Source of the DNA: an uncultured delta proteobacterium
Lineage (GTDB): Bacteria > Myxococcota_A > Polyangia > Polyangiales > Polyangiaceae
Direction: 5' to 3'
DNA: 64,000 bases
Assembly (NCBI GenBank): GCA_963782055.1
Contig: CAWAIF010000003.1
Location: 6,048,001-6,112,000 of the forward strand
Program-made: the position numbers and the translations under genes
Notes under the pieces: model-generated
What the model was told of the DNA's origin: nothing
Database searches by the model: none
What the model saw: the letters and a program-made list of their open reading frames with translations, nothing else
Shown here: piece after piece, positions 35,820-45,854 of the stretch
How positions within the stretch are numbered: position 1 is the stretch's first letter
How the letters are laid out: every line of letters starts with the position of its first letter

Positions 35820-36977
35820 TCACTTGCAGACGACGGTGATCGTCTGGGTGCCGTTGTTGCCCAACTGGCACGTCGGGCCGTTGATGCCGCCCCAGTCGCC
35901 GTTGGTGTTGATGCACGGCCGCACGTTGTAGGTGCCGTTGCAGCTGCACGTGGTGGCGTCGGCGGAGAGCTCCCACGTCATGCCGGAGCAGAAGTCGACG
36001 TTCCACGTGTAGCCGCCGCAGCTCAGGCCGGCGACGGTGGTGCCGTTGTGCAGCGCCTGGCAGAGGGTGTTCGCCCCGGCGCCGGTGCAGGTGCGGCCGG
36101 TCTGGTCATTCGACCCGCTCAGGGTGATGGAGGTGTACGTGCCGGTGAGCTTGGTGCGGAAGGCGTTCCAGTCGATGCACTGCTGCGTCGCCACCTGGCC
36201 CTGCGTGAAGGTGTCGGTGAAGGTGGTCGCGGCGGTGCACTGCCCCGCGCTGCAGACGGGCGTGTTGCCGTTGCACGTGACCCCGCAGCCGCCGCAGTTG
36301 TTGGTGTCGCTCTGCACGTCCACGCACGCGCCGTTGCACACCTCCTGGCCGACGGCGCAGCAGTGGCCCTGATCGCACCACTCGGTGTCCGCGGCGCACG
36401 CGGTGTTGCAGTCGCCGCAGTGGTCGTGGAAGTTCTGTGTGTCGTAGCAGATGCCGTCGGCGCACTCGGTCATGCCCTGCGGGCAGGTGACGCCGCACGC
36501 GCTGTTGGCGCACGAGGCGGTGCCCAGCGACCAGCCGGTGCCGCCGTCGTAGCCGCCGTCGAAGAAGACGCCGGAGTCGGGGTTGCCGTTGCCGGGAGGC
36601 AGGGCCCCCGCATCCGCCGTGCTGCAGGCGGTGGTGCACTGCCCGCAGTGCGCGGGGTCCTTGGTGAGGTCCGCGCACGTGCCCGCGTCGTCGTTCTGGC
36701 ACTTGACGAGGGGCGGGTCGCACTGCGCCTTGCACTGCCCGTTGGAGCAGACCTCCGCCGGCTGGCACGCGTGGGTGCAGCTCCCGCAGTGCTGCGGATC
36801 CTTGGTGAGGTCGTACTGCGGGCAGGCGCTCGCGTCCCCGATGGGATTGCTCCCGTCGGGCAGGCTCCCGTCCGCGCCGGCGTCCGCGTCCGGCTGGATG
36901 ACCAGCCCGTTGGCGCACGCCGCGAGCGCCGCCGCCGTCACCACCACTGCCCCGGCCCAGAGTGCTCCCCGCTTCAC
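35820..36977 (-). CDS. Cys-rich lipoprotein
   Basis: Lipobox ALAAC, DLTKDPxHCGxC and CVDVQSDTNNCGGC repeats, distinct C-terminal domain. Confidence 0.8.
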   Translation of the reverse strand: MKRGALWAGAVVVTAAALAACANGLVIQPDADAGADGSLPDGSNPIGDASACPQYDLTKDPQHCGSCTHACQPAEVCSNGQCKAQCDPPLVKCQNDDAGTCADLTKDPAHCGQCTTACSTADAGALPPGNGNPDSGVFFDGGYDGGTGWSLGTASCANSACGVTCPQGMTECADGICYDTQNFHDHCGDCNTACAADTEWCDQGHCCAVGQEVCNGACVDVQSDTNNCGGCGVTCNGNTPVCSAGQCTAATTFTDTFTQGQVATQQCIDWNAFRTKLTGTYTSITLSGSNDQTGRTCTGAGANTLCQALHNGTTVAGLSCGGYTWNVDFCSGMTWELSADATTCSCNGTYNVRPCINTNGDWGGINGPTCQLGNNGTQTITVVCK

Positions 36978-37003
36978 GGGACCAACGTAGCAGATGTGCC
37001 CCG

Positions 37004-37786
37004 CTACCGCCCCTTGAACGCCGGCTTGCGCTTCTCCGCGAAGGCGCGCAGCGCCTCGGTGCGGTCCTCGCTCACCAGGGTCCTGTCGTAGCTCACCTTC
37101 TCCAGCTCCAGGCCCAGCTCCAGCGTCGTGTCCAGCGCGCGGTCGATGGCCTCCAGCGCCGCCGCCTGCGCGATGGGCGCCCCGTTCGCGATGGGGGCGA
37201 TCCACTCCACGGCGTCGTCCACCACGCTCTTGCCGGCGGGCGTCACGCGGTTGAGCAGCCCCCAGGCGAGCGCCTCCTCGGCCGAGAGCACGCGCGCGAG
37301 GAGGATCATCTCCTTCGCCCGCGCCTCCCCCACCACGCGCGGGAGGCGCTGCGTGCCGCCGGCCCCGGGGATGATGCCGAGCGAGGTCTCCGGGAGCGCG
37401 AGCCGCGCGTGCGCGGCGCCCACGCGCAGGTCGCACAGCAGCGCGAGCTCCAGCCCGCCGCCGTACGCGACGCCGTTGATGGCCGCGATCACCGGCTTGG
37501 GCGAGCGGTCGAGCGGGCCCAGCTCGGAGCGATACAGCTGCACCTGGGTACGCACGTCGTTCTCGCTCATCCCCTGGCGCTCCTTCAGGTCGGCGCCGGC
37601 GCAGAACGCCTTCTCGCCCGCGCCGGTGACGACGATGGCGCGGACGGAGGGGTTTTCCACCGCCTCGCGCGTGAGGCGGCCGAAGGCGAGCAGGGTGTCG
37701 CGGGAGAGGGAGTTGCTGCGGTCCTGGCGGTCGATGGTCCACACCGCCACGGCGCCGCGCTGCTCGACGCGGATGGGGTCGGTCAT
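37004..37786 (-). CDS. enoyl-CoA hydratase/isomerase
   Basis: AFCAGADLKE, PKPVIAAING.AYGGGLELAL.CD, PETSLGIIPGAGGTQRLPR. Confidence 0.95.
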   Translation of the reverse strand: MTDPIRVEQRGAVAVWTIDRQDRSNSLSRDTLLAFGRLTREAVENPSVRAIVVTGAGEKAFCAGADLKERQGMSENDVRTQVQLYRSELGPLDRSPKPVIAAINGVAYGGGLELALLCDLRVGAAHARLALPETSLGIIPGAGGTQRLPRVVGEARAKEMILLARVLSAEEALAWGLLNRVTPAGKSVVDDAVEWIAPIANGAPIAQAAALEAIDRALDTTLELGLELEKVSYDRTLVSEDRTEALRAFAEKRKPAFKGR

Positions 37787-37793
37787 GCCTTGC

Positions 37794-40373
37794 CTACTTC
37801 TTCCCCTTGCTCTTCGGTGCGCCCCTGGCGGGCTGCTCCTCCGGCGCGACCCGCGCCTCCAGCTTCGCCAGCCGCGCCTTCAGCTCGGCGTGCTCGTTCT
37901 GCAGCTTGTCGAAGTCCTCCCGGAGCTGCTCGGCGGCGCGCTTGCCCTCCCCGCCAATCTCTCGCAGCACCTCGCGGATGCGCCGGCGCACGCGAGGGTC
38001 CAGGTCCACCGCGAGCCGCGCGCGGAGCGCGGGCCGAGACTTGGCGTCGCCCAGCTCCCCGATGGCGCGCGCCACGTCGACGCGCAGGTACGGGTCTGGG
38101 TCCTCCAGCAGCTCCTCCAGCGCCTCGCGACCGCGCCGGTCCGCGGCGATCTTGGGGATGGCCATGATGGCGGCGCGCCGCGCGCGCGTGGGGTGGCCGT
38201 AGCGCGTGCGCGTGAGCACGTGCGGCACGGCGCGGTCGTCCCGCAGGGCGGCCATGCCGTCCAGCGCGCCGGCGGAGATGACGTCCGCCCAGGCGCGGCG
38301 GTCCACCACGTCCACCAGGACCTCCAGCACCGAGCCCTGCTTGGTCTTGCCGAGCGAGCGCGCGGCCTCCGACTCGACGAGGTAGCTCGCGTCGCGCAGG
38401 GCGAGCGGCTTGATCGCCTCCGCGGCCGCGGCCGTCTTGAACTGGCCGAGCGCCGCCACGACCGCGCGACGCACCTTCGGGTGCTTGACGCCCGTCATCG
38501 CGGCGAGCGCGTCGAAGCACTCGCGCGCGCGGATCTTCCCGAGCGCCTCCGCGGCGTCCGCGCGGACACCCCAGAACTCGCGGTCGTCCTTGAGACACGC
38601 GGAGAGTGCCTCGATGGTCACCGGGTCGTCGCTGCGGGAGAGCGCGCGCGCGGCGAGCCATCGGCCGCGGCCGGACTTGGCCATGCGGAGCTGCGCGCGC
38701 AGCATGTCGAGCGGCGCGTTGACCGTCACGCTGCCAAGGATGGCCAGCTCCGGGTCCACCACCACGAAGGCCGGCCTCTCCGCGCACGGCAGGGCGAAGC
38801 TCTCCACCTTCTGCGTGACCCCGACGCGGCGGCGCTCGACGGTCCCGTCGCCCACCACCACGTCCAGCACGAGCGAGAGCGCGAAGGCGGCGGGGACGCC
38901 GTCGCTGGTCGACTGGTGCTGCTTGACCTCCACCACCAGCAGGCCCTTGTCCCAGGAGAGGTTGACGTCCACCTCCGGGTGACCGGGCTTGTGCACCCAC
39001 TGCTCGAAGAAGCGACCGAGGCTCCGCCCGCTGACCTCTTCCAGCGCGCGCATGAGATCGCGCGTCTCCACCAGGCCCCGCGCGTGGCGCGTGAGGTAGA
39101 CGTTGATGCCCTTCCAGAAGACGTCGTGCCCCAGCTCGGCGCGGAGCATGTGGAGGGTGACGCCGCCCTTCTCGTAGAGGTGGCGATCGAAGAGGTCCAG
39201 CGGGGCGTCGTAATCCTGGCAGACGATGGCCCGGCGGTAGCGGCCCGTCGCCTCGCCCACGTACAGCTCCAGGTCGCCCTTCAGGCCGTAGTCGTACTCG
39301 TCCTTGCCGAGGTGCTTCTCCCGCCAGACGTGCTCCATGAAGGTGGCGAAGCCCTCGTTCAGCCAGCCCTCCGACCAGTCGCGGCAGGTCACGTAGTCGC
39401 CGAACCACTGGTGGGCGAGCTCGTGGGAGATGAGGTCGTCGCTGGTGATGTCCAGCGTCGCGCGCTTGTCGAGCAGGGTGTGCTCGTAGAGGGTGGTGGC
39501 GGTGGTGTTCTCCATCCCACCGAAGATGAAGTCGCTGACGACGACCTGGGCGTACTTGTTCCACGGGTACGGCACGCCGAAGAGCTCGCCGAAGTAGCTC
39601 ACCATCGCGGGGGTGTTGGCGAAGGTGCGCTCGACGTCGCCGGAGCGGCCCTTCGGCACCCAGTAGGAGAGCGGCACCTTGCCGGCCTTCCCCTCGCGGA
39701 CCTCGAACTCGCCGGCGACCAGCGTGAGCAGGTAGCTGGAGTGGGGCTCCACCATCTTCCAGTGGAAGACCCAGGGGCCCTCCTTCGGCGTGTGCTTGGA
39801 GACCAGCTCGCCGTTGCCGAGGACGCTCCAGCCGTGCGGGGCGTGGACCGTCATCTCGGTCTTCATCTTCACGTGCGGCTTGTCGTGGCACGGCAAGAAG
39901 TGACGCGCGTCCTCCTCCTGGCACTGGCTCCACACCTGGTACGGCCGGTCCGGCATGTGCTCGTCGGGGGCGAGGAAGTACAGGCCGCGCCGCGGCGTCG
40001 CCCCGTAGACGATCTCGATCACCGCGTGCTCCGCCGCGCGCGGGATGGCGACGAAGAGCAGGCGGCCGTCGTAGCGGTGACGCGCCGCCTTGCCGTCGAC
40101 GCGCACGCTGGTGAGGCGGAAGCCCACCGCGTCCAGCTCGATGCCCTCGGCGTCGGCGGCGATGCGTCGCACCGTGAGCTTCGTCGTGGCGCGGAGGGAC
40201 CGGGTCGGCACCTCCAGCGTGACGTCGGCGGCGAGGTGCTCGATGGCGAAGGGCCGGTCCCGCTCGAAGTTGTGCGGCGTGCCGGAGAAGGCGAACGGGC
40301 GGCCGCCCCCATGCTCGCCCGAGGCGTGGGAGGCGCTGCACCCGCAGCGTTCGTGCAAGCGTTGATGAGCCAT
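37794..40373 (-). CDS. M1 aminopeptidase with C-terminal HEAT repeats and coiled coil
   Basis: GGMEN, HELAHQWFGD, WLNEGFAT, YEKG; HEAT repeats VRADAAEALG, VRRAVVAALG. Confidence 0.93.
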   Translation of the reverse strand: MAHQRLHERCGCSASHASGEHGGGRPFAFSGTPHNFERDRPFAIEHLAADVTLEVPTRSLRATTKLTVRRIAADAEGIELDAVGFRLTSVRVDGKAARHRYDGRLLFVAIPRAAEHAVIEIVYGATPRRGLYFLAPDEHMPDRPYQVWSQCQEEDARHFLPCHDKPHVKMKTEMTVHAPHGWSVLGNGELVSKHTPKEGPWVFHWKMVEPHSSYLLTLVAGEFEVREGKAGKVPLSYWVPKGRSGDVERTFANTPAMVSYFGELFGVPYPWNKYAQVVVSDFIFGGMENTTATTLYEHTLLDKRATLDITSDDLISHELAHQWFGDYVTCRDWSEGWLNEGFATFMEHVWREKHLGKDEYDYGLKGDLELYVGEATGRYRRAIVCQDYDAPLDLFDRHLYEKGGVTLHMLRAELGHDVFWKGINVYLTRHARGLVETRDLMRALEEVSGRSLGRFFEQWVHKPGHPEVDVNLSWDKGLLVVEVKQHQSTSDGVPAAFALSLVLDVVVGDGTVERRRVGVTQKVESFALPCAERPAFVVVDPELAILGSVTVNAPLDMLRAQLRMAKSGRGRWLAARALSRSDDPVTIEALSACLKDDREFWGVRADAAEALGKIRARECFDALAAMTGVKHPKVRRAVVAALGQFKTAAAAEAIKPLALRDASYLVESEAARSLGKTKQGSVLEVLVDVVDRRAWADVISAGALDGMAALRDDRAVPHVLTRTRYGHPTRARRAAIMAIPKIAADRRGREALEELLEDPDPYLRVDVARAIGELGDAKSRPALRARLAVDLDPRVRRRIREVLREIGGEGKRAAEQLREDFDKLQNEHAELKARLAKLEARVAPEEQPARGAPKSKGKK

Positions 40374-40476
40374 GGATCTGCGACTCTGGCACGACTCGAA
40401 GGGCATTTGGAGACGCTTGATGCGGCGTCTGTCATCCCACATCCACCTACCGGCTCCCCGCGCGGACGCGCGCGCG

Positions 40477-41085
40477 TCAAAGCAGGCGGTAGTGGCCGAG
40501 GCGCGTCCAGGCATCCAGGACGTCGTCCTCCGTCGGCGTGGGGCCCATGTTGTGGATGAGGAGTGGCACGCCGCGCGGCCCTTTCCTGTCGCTCACCACG
40601 CCGATGTGCTGCGGCGAGCAAGCCGGGCAGGCCGTGAAGGAGATGACGACGATGTCACCCGGGGCGTAGCCGGAGGCTGGCTCGATGGGCAGGCTGCGGG
40701 CGTGGCGCTTCAGGTACACCCAGAGCGGACCGACGCGGCGGTGGTCGATGTTGGCGTCGGGCTTCTTCACGTAGGCGGCATAGGCCTGCGGCGCGCGCAG
40801 CACGTCCTGGTGGACCAGCTTCTGAAGGTCAATCCCCGCGGCGCGGTACCCGCGGATGACGACGTCGGTGCAGACGCCGATGGAAGAGTCGACGTCTCCG
40901 CCGGGGTAGGAGATGGGGAACCAGCGGCCGTCGTAGGCGACCTGGCGTGTCACCTCCAGCCGCGCGCGAGACACGACCTGTTCCCTCTTGCTCTCCTGCT
41001 TCTGCGCGGCGGGGCCATCCGCACGAACCAGGAGCGGGGAGAGCAGGGCGAGCGCGCCCGCGACCAACAGAGCAGCCGTACGCAT
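40477..41085 (-). CDS. DUF1287 (YijF-like) secreted protein
   Basis: YPGGDV..GVCTDVVIR.YR..GIDLQ.LVH, DANIDHRRV, HIGVVSD, IHNMG. Confidence 0.88.
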   Translation of the reverse strand: MRTAALLVAGALALLSPLLVRADGPAAQKQESKREQVVSRARLEVTRQVAYDGRWFPISYPGGDVDSSIGVCTDVVIRGYRAAGIDLQKLVHQDVLRAPQAYAAYVKKPDANIDHRRVGPLWVYLKRHARSLPIEPASGYAPGDIVVISFTACPACSPQHIGVVSDRKGPRGVPLLIHNMGPTPTEDDVLDAWTRLGHYRLL

Positions 41086-41205
41086 GGCGTCTCGTTGGAC
41101 ACGGGGCCACGGCAGGGCTTTGCCCTCTTCTCCCGCGGGGAAGAGGATCGCCGAAAGATCAGAAGATCAGGAAGATGGAGGGGTTGGCAGCCCCGGGGGC
41201 TGGGC

Positions 41206-41667
41206 TCACGTCTCGGTGGTGAGGAACTGAAAGAGCTCCTCGCGGGTCCAGCGCTCCTTGCCCTCGCGGCAGAAGCCATGAATCCAGGCCGCCGCACCCT
41301 CCCTGTCGGCGAAGACCTTGGTGGGCGTGCGCGGGCGGCCCACGAGCACCATCGTGCTCAGGAAGGCGCGCGTGGCCGCCCCGGCGAGCCCCTCCACCAG
41401 AACCAGATGTGCGGTGGCGAGGTTGAAGATGGACTCCGAGCGCGTCATGCGCGCCGTCTCCTCCCGAACCTCCTGACTGAAGGAGGGCTTGCCGGAGAGC
41501 ACCACGTTGAAGAGGGCGAGCTGGTCGTACGTCCGGCGGATCTCCTTGCCGGCCCGCGCGAACTCGCGAAGCTGAGGGACGGTGGGCGCGTCGTACCACG
41601 CGGCGAGTACGCAGTTGCGCTCCTGCGTCATGCGCAGGATGTGATCCTTGAACAGCTCCCGGGCCAT
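41206..41667 (-). CDS. hypothetical protein, STAS/SEC14-like
   Basis: PSFSQEVRE..GLAGAATRAFLS..PTKVF..AAAW resembles myxobacterial STAS/SEC14-like proteins. Confidence 0.6.
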   Translation of the reverse strand: MARELFKDHILRMTQERNCVLAAWYDAPTVPQLREFARAGKEIRRTYDQLALFNVVLSGKPSFSQEVREETARMTRSESIFNLATAHLVLVEGLAGAATRAFLSTMVLVGRPRTPTKVFADREGAAAWIHGFCREGKERWTREELFQFLTTET

Positions 41668-41716
41668 CGACGGCCGAGGGTACCACAGCGCGCGAGGCGC
41701 TACGGCGCAGCGGGCG

Positions 41717-42658
41717 TCACTTGATCGGGATGCCGCCGCCGTCCTGGTCGGTCACGGGCGCGGACGTCGTCGACCCGGCGCCCCAGAACACCAGGTTCGG
41801 CGGGGCGTTGGGGATGTTGATGTTCTGCGTGACGATGGCGTTGTTCTTCGCCGTGATCTGGAAGAGCTCGCCGGCGGCGTCGAAGCCGAAGAGGGTGCCG
41901 CCCCAGAAGGCGAGGCCGTAGACCGCCGAGTGGTTCACCGAGCCGTAGTTCTGCACCACGTTGCCGGTCTTGGGGTCCACCTGCAGCAAGCAGTCGTTGC
42001 AGCTGTTGCCGTTCACCGTGAGGAAGGTGCCGCCGTTGATGACCGAGACGATGTCCCCGCTGGACGAGTAGCCACCGGTGAGGGTGCCGACGTTGGTCAC
42101 CGCGCCGCTGGAGGTGTCGATGCGCACGTAGGTGCTGCCGAAGTAGCCGACGAGCGCCTCGGCGTTCGCGTCCAGCGTGCCCTTCGGGACGAAGGACAGG
42201 GAGTTCGGGTAGCTGCCCGTGGAGACCTGCGTGCACTTCGCCGTGGCGAGATCCAGCTTGTAGAAGGCGCTGAAGGTGGTGACGAAGGCGTTGGAGTTGG
42301 CGTCGATGGCCAGGTCGATGACGCTGGAGCAGCCGCCGCTGAAGCTCCCGACGAGGGTGACGCCCTTGGTCTTCGGGTCGACCTTGTAGAGCTGGCTGGG
42401 GCTGTGCGCGTAGACGACCGCGACCTCCGGCGGGGGCCCGGAGTCCACCACGACGCCGGCGTCGCCGCCGTCGAAGCTGACGAAGCCGGAGTCGTCCCCG
42501 TTGGTGCCGCCGCCGTCGTCGGTGGTGCCGCCGCCGTCGTCCCCGCCGCCCGCGTCGCCGCCGTTGTCGAAGCCGGACGGGCCAGTGGTGCCGCCGCAGG
42601 CCGCGAACGCACCGGACACCAGGACCGCACACCCAAGGGCAAGCAAGCGACTACGCAT
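41717..42658 (-). CDS. hypothetical lipoprotein, probable beta-propeller
   Basis: GGAGG RBS, lipobox AFAAC, LYKVDP, SSGDIVS, VYGLAFWGG, FWGAGSTT. Confidence 0.8.
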   Translation of the reverse strand: MRSRLLALGCAVLVSGAFAACGGTTGPSGFDNGGDAGGGDDGGGTTDDGGGTNGDDSGFVSFDGGDAGVVVDSGPPPEVAVVYAHSPSQLYKVDPKTKGVTLVGSFSGGCSSVIDLAIDANSNAFVTTFSAFYKLDLATAKCTQVSTGSYPNSLSFVPKGTLDANAEALVGYFGSTYVRIDTSSGAVTNVGTLTGGYSSSGDIVSVINGGTFLTVNGNSCNDCLLQVDPKTGNVVQNYGSVNHSAVYGLAFWGGTLFGFDAAGELFQITAKNNAIVTQNINIPNAPPNLVFWGAGSTTSAPVTDQDGGGIPIK

Positions 42659-42723
42659 GACGGCCTCCTGGTCTGAATCTAACAGACCGAGCCCCGGCGG
42701 ACCACCGCGGCGGTGGCGTACGC

Positions 42724-43944
42724 TCAGGGATCGGCCGCCGGCGCCAGCGTGGGCAAGACGATCCCGCGTGTCTCGGGCAGCACCCAGACCCACGACGCGG
42801 TGCACAGCGCGAGGACCAGCGGGACGGACAGGCCCCCCGCGAGGCCGTACGCGCCGACGGCCCACGCGACCAAAATGGGCGCGCCGAGCTGCGCCGCCCG
42901 CGCCAGGTTGTAGGTCGTCCCCATCGCGAAGGCGCGCACCTCCGTCGGGTAGAGCTCCGCCAGCAACGCGCCGAACCCCGCCGTGCAGCCGGAGCCCACG
43001 CCCAGGGCGAGCATCGTCGCCCAGAAGAGCACCGGCGTGGCCGAGAGGCGCTCCCACGCGAAGGCGAGCGGCGCGATGGCCGCGGCGGTCAGCACCGAGA
43101 AGAGCGCGAACGCCGGCCGGCGGCCGAGACGGTCGGACACCTGGCCGAAGATCAGCATGCCGGTGAACTGCCCGACCTGCGCGGTCATCACCCACGCGAC
43201 GCTCCGGGCGACGCCCTGGTGCATCTCCTTCACCAGGAAGGACGGCAGCCACGTGTAGCAGGTCCAGTAGGTGCCGAGCTTGAAGACGCCGAGGATCCAC
43301 GCGAAGAGGAGGCGCTTGCCCACGCCCGCGGCGATGACCTCGCGTATCGGCGGGCGTTTCTGGCCGACGTCGTTCGGCAGGTGGAGCGAGCGGCGCGCGG
43401 CGAAGGCGAGCAGCGCGGTGGCGCTCGAGCCGATCATCACCCAGCGCCACCCCACGTGCGGCGCGATCAGGTAGCCGGCGATCGCCGCGATCGCCACGCC
43501 CACCGGCTCGCCCGACTGCAACAGCGCGGAGCCGCGCCCGCGCATGTGGTTGCCGATCGCCTCCGCCACCAGCGCGTGGCCGATCGCCCACTCGCCGCCG
43601 ACGCCGAGCCCGACGATGGCGCGGCCGAGCAGGAAGACCCAGATGTTCGGGGCGAGCCCGGCGACGATGGACCCGAAGGAGTAAAAGAGGATGGTCGTGG
43701 CGAGCATCGTGCGCTTGCCGATGCGGTCGGCGAGCGCGCCGGCCACGATGCCGCCCAGGCCGGAGGTGCCGAGCGCCACGCCGAGCATCCACGCCTCGCC
43801 GGTGGCGGTGAGGTGCAGCGACTTGCCGACGTCGTCCTTCAGGAAGCCGAGCAGGACGAGGTCGTAGAAGTCGAACGTCCAGCCGAAGAAGGCGAAGAGG
43901 AAAATCTTCGTCGGGAAGCGGCTCGCCGCGGGCGCCTCGGCCAT
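42724..43944 (-). CDS. MFS transporter
   Basis: WTFDFYD, GALADRIGKR, GLGVGGEW, SDRLGRR, AELYPTEVR, LPETRG. Confidence 0.93.
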   Translation of the reverse strand: MAEAPAASRFPTKIFLFAFFGWTFDFYDLVLLGFLKDDVGKSLHLTATGEAWMLGVALGTSGLGGIVAGALADRIGKRTMLATTILFYSFGSIVAGLAPNIWVFLLGRAIVGLGVGGEWAIGHALVAEAIGNHMRGRGSALLQSGEPVGVAIAAIAGYLIAPHVGWRWVMIGSSATALLAFAARRSLHLPNDVGQKRPPIREVIAAGVGKRLLFAWILGVFKLGTYWTCYTWLPSFLVKEMHQGVARSVAWVMTAQVGQFTGMLIFGQVSDRLGRRPAFALFSVLTAAAIAPLAFAWERLSATPVLFWATMLALGVGSGCTAGFGALLAELYPTEVRAFAMGTTYNLARAAQLGAPILVAWAVGAYGLAGGLSVPLVLALCTASWVWVLPETRGIVLPTLAPAADP

Positions 43945-43958
43945 CCGCCCAGCCTACC

Positions 43959-44438
43959 TCAGGGCTTGCGCGGGCGGCGCGACGGACGACGGCTCGGCCG
44001 CGCGGGCGCCTCGTCCTCCTCCTCGCGCGGGATGGGCTTGCCCGTCGGGCGACGCGGCAGGGCCAGCTCCTTCGGCGCGGGGCGCGCGGCGACCGCCGGG
44101 TCCGGGGCCTGGTCGGAATCCAGCCAGCTCGCGCGCACGTCCATCGTCTTGTTCATCGACCGGCGCCCGGGGCCCGGGGGACGAGCCTCACTGCCGGGCA
44201 GCGGGGGCACGGCCAGGCGCGCGCCGGGGATGGGCGGCGGCACCTGCTTCTTCCTCGCCTTCCCTTCCGCCTCGCGCTCCTGCTCCTCCTCCGGCTCGAG
44301 CCAGTCGCTCTCGACGGTGAGCGTCTCGCGTTTGCGCGAGGACGCGGAGGTGCGCACCGAGGGGCGAGGGGGCGAGGGCCGCGGAACGGAGGGGCGCGGC
44401 GGCTTCTTCGACGTCCGCGGGGGCTTGGATGCGGTCAC
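43959..44438 (-). CDS. hypothetical disordered Pro/Arg-rich protein
   Basis: GTG 9 nt after TATGCT, GC3-rich codons, two T(L/M)xVxxxWL(E/D) motifs. Confidence 0.55.
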   Translation of the reverse strand: MTASKPPRTSKKPPRPSVPRPSPPRPSVRTSASSRKRETLTVESDWLEPEEEQEREAEGKARKKQVPPPIPGARLAVPPLPGSEARPPGPGRRSMNKTMDVRASWLDSDQAPDPAVAARPAPKELALPRRPTGKPIPREEEDEAPARPSRRPSRRPRKP

Positions 44439-44514
44439 GACGCGGCGAGCATACCACTTCCCCGGAGGGCCGGCCCGCCACCCCCGAGAGGCGCGCGCCA
44501 GGACCGTTGCGCGC

Positions 44515-44530
44515 TGGCCCGGAGAGTGCC
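44515..44530 (+). promoter_or_regulatory. possible sigma54-type promoter
   Basis: TGGCCCGGAGAGTGCC with GG-N10-GC, directly upstream of the ATG at 44542. Confidence 0.4.
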
Positions 44531-44541
44531 AACGTGGGGGC

Positions 44542-45792
44542 ATGATGCCCTCCTTTAAGCTCCTGATGCTTGGCTTGGTCCCGCTCGCCGTCGCCGCGTG
44601 CGTCGGCGACTCGCCGGTGACGACGAACGACGCCGGCGGCGACGATAGCGGCGTCACCCCGGACACCGGCGCCCCCCCCGCCGACGCGGGCGGCACGGAC
44701 GGTGCGAGCGACGCCGCCGCGGACGCGCCCCTCACCTGCAACAACGGCCTGACGGCGTGCGGAGGGACGTGCGTCGACACCTCCATCGACGACAAGAACT
44801 GCGGCAAGTGCGCCCACGACTGCGGCGGGGTCGGCCTGTGCACCGATGGCGTCTGCCAGCCTCAGGTGATCCGCGACAAGATCGCGTACGGCCCGGTCAC
44901 GATGACCGTCGACGACAACGGCGTCTACTTCTACGCGCAGAACGACAACGCCTTTCAGATCCAGAAGTGCCCGCTCGCCGGATGCACCCAGACGCCGGCG
45001 ATCGTCGGGACCATGATCAACTACTACTACAGCCTGATGGGACAGGCGGGCACGCTGGTCTTCACGAGCTCGAACCAGTCGACGAAAGAGCGTCCGACCT
45101 TCTTCTACTGCGACGACAAGGGGTGCCCATCGTCCGGGACGGTGATCTCCAGTCAGAGCGTCGACAGCGACGGGCTCGGGTCGGTCGACCTGCTCTCCTT
45201 CAAGGGCAAGGACGCGTACTACCTCCACCAGAACGCCCACGCCCTCCGCCACACCGTGTGCGAGGCGGGGGTGTGCGGCAGTCACGAGGACATCTTGTCC
45301 ACGTCGACGACCTCCGTGAAGATGCTCACCTCCGACGGGACGAACCTCTTCTTCATCGACGGCAACGGCGCCCTCGATCGCTGCGCCGCCAGCGGCGCGT
45401 GCACGCCCACGGTCCTCGCGGGCAACCAGAACGCCAAGGCCATCGCGATCGAGGGCACCAACCTCTTCCTGCTCGTCTCCGGCGCGTCCGGCTACCAGGA
45501 CGGGCAGATCAAGACGTGCCCGACGAGCGGGAACTGCTCCCCGGTCGTCTTCCTCAAGAACATGGCCTACCCGACCAGCTTCACCGTGACGCCCGTCGGC
45601 CCGGCGTGGTTCGCCGAGGACGTCGGCAACCTGCAGACCTGCCCGCTGCAGAACTGCGTCGCCCCGATCAACGTGGTCAAGAACCTCGCGTCCGTCGGGC
45701 TCCAGCAGCTCCAGTCCAACGGCAACTTCGTCTACTGGGTGCAGAACGGATCCATCGCCAACACGCAGGCGATCTTCCGCGTCGCGCTCTGA
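44542..45792 (+). CDS. Cys-rich lipoprotein with propeller-like repeats
   Basis: Lipobox AVAAC, CVDTSIDDKNCGKC, repeated CPxxGC blades. Confidence 0.8.
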   Translation: MMPSFKLLMLGLVPLAVAACVGDSPVTTNDAGGDDSGVTPDTGAPPADAGGTDGASDAAADAPLTCNNGLTACGGTCVDTSIDDKNCGKCAHDCGGVGLCTDGVCQPQVIRDKIAYGPVTMTVDDNGVYFYAQNDNAFQIQKCPLAGCTQTPAIVGTMINYYYSLMGQAGTLVFTSSNQSTKERPTFFYCDDKGCPSSGTVISSQSVDSDGLGSVDLLSFKGKDAYYLHQNAHALRHTVCEAGVCGSHEDILSTSTTSVKMLTSDGTNLFFIDGNGALDRCAASGACTPTVLAGNQNAKAIAIEGTNLFLLVSGASGYQDGQIKTCPTSGNCSPVVFLKNMAYPTSFTVTPVGPAWFAEDVGNLQTCPLQNCVAPINVVKNLASVGLQQLQSNGNFVYWVQNGSIANTQAIFRVAL

Positions 45793-45854
45793 CGCCCGCA
45801 CCTCCCCGGCGCCCCACCGACGTGCAGCGGAGGGGCGCGTAGGGAGGAGGGGCC

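Noticed and set aside
37794..40373. M1 aminopeptidase-HEAT fusion as novel
   Set aside because: This architecture is already known from other bacteria such as cyanobacteria and myxobacteria.
37128..40559. Long antisense ORFs (also 15997-19092, 53459-56140, 46041-48044)
   Set aside because: They mirror well-supported genes on the other strand, which is expected at this GC content, and carry no recognisable motifs.
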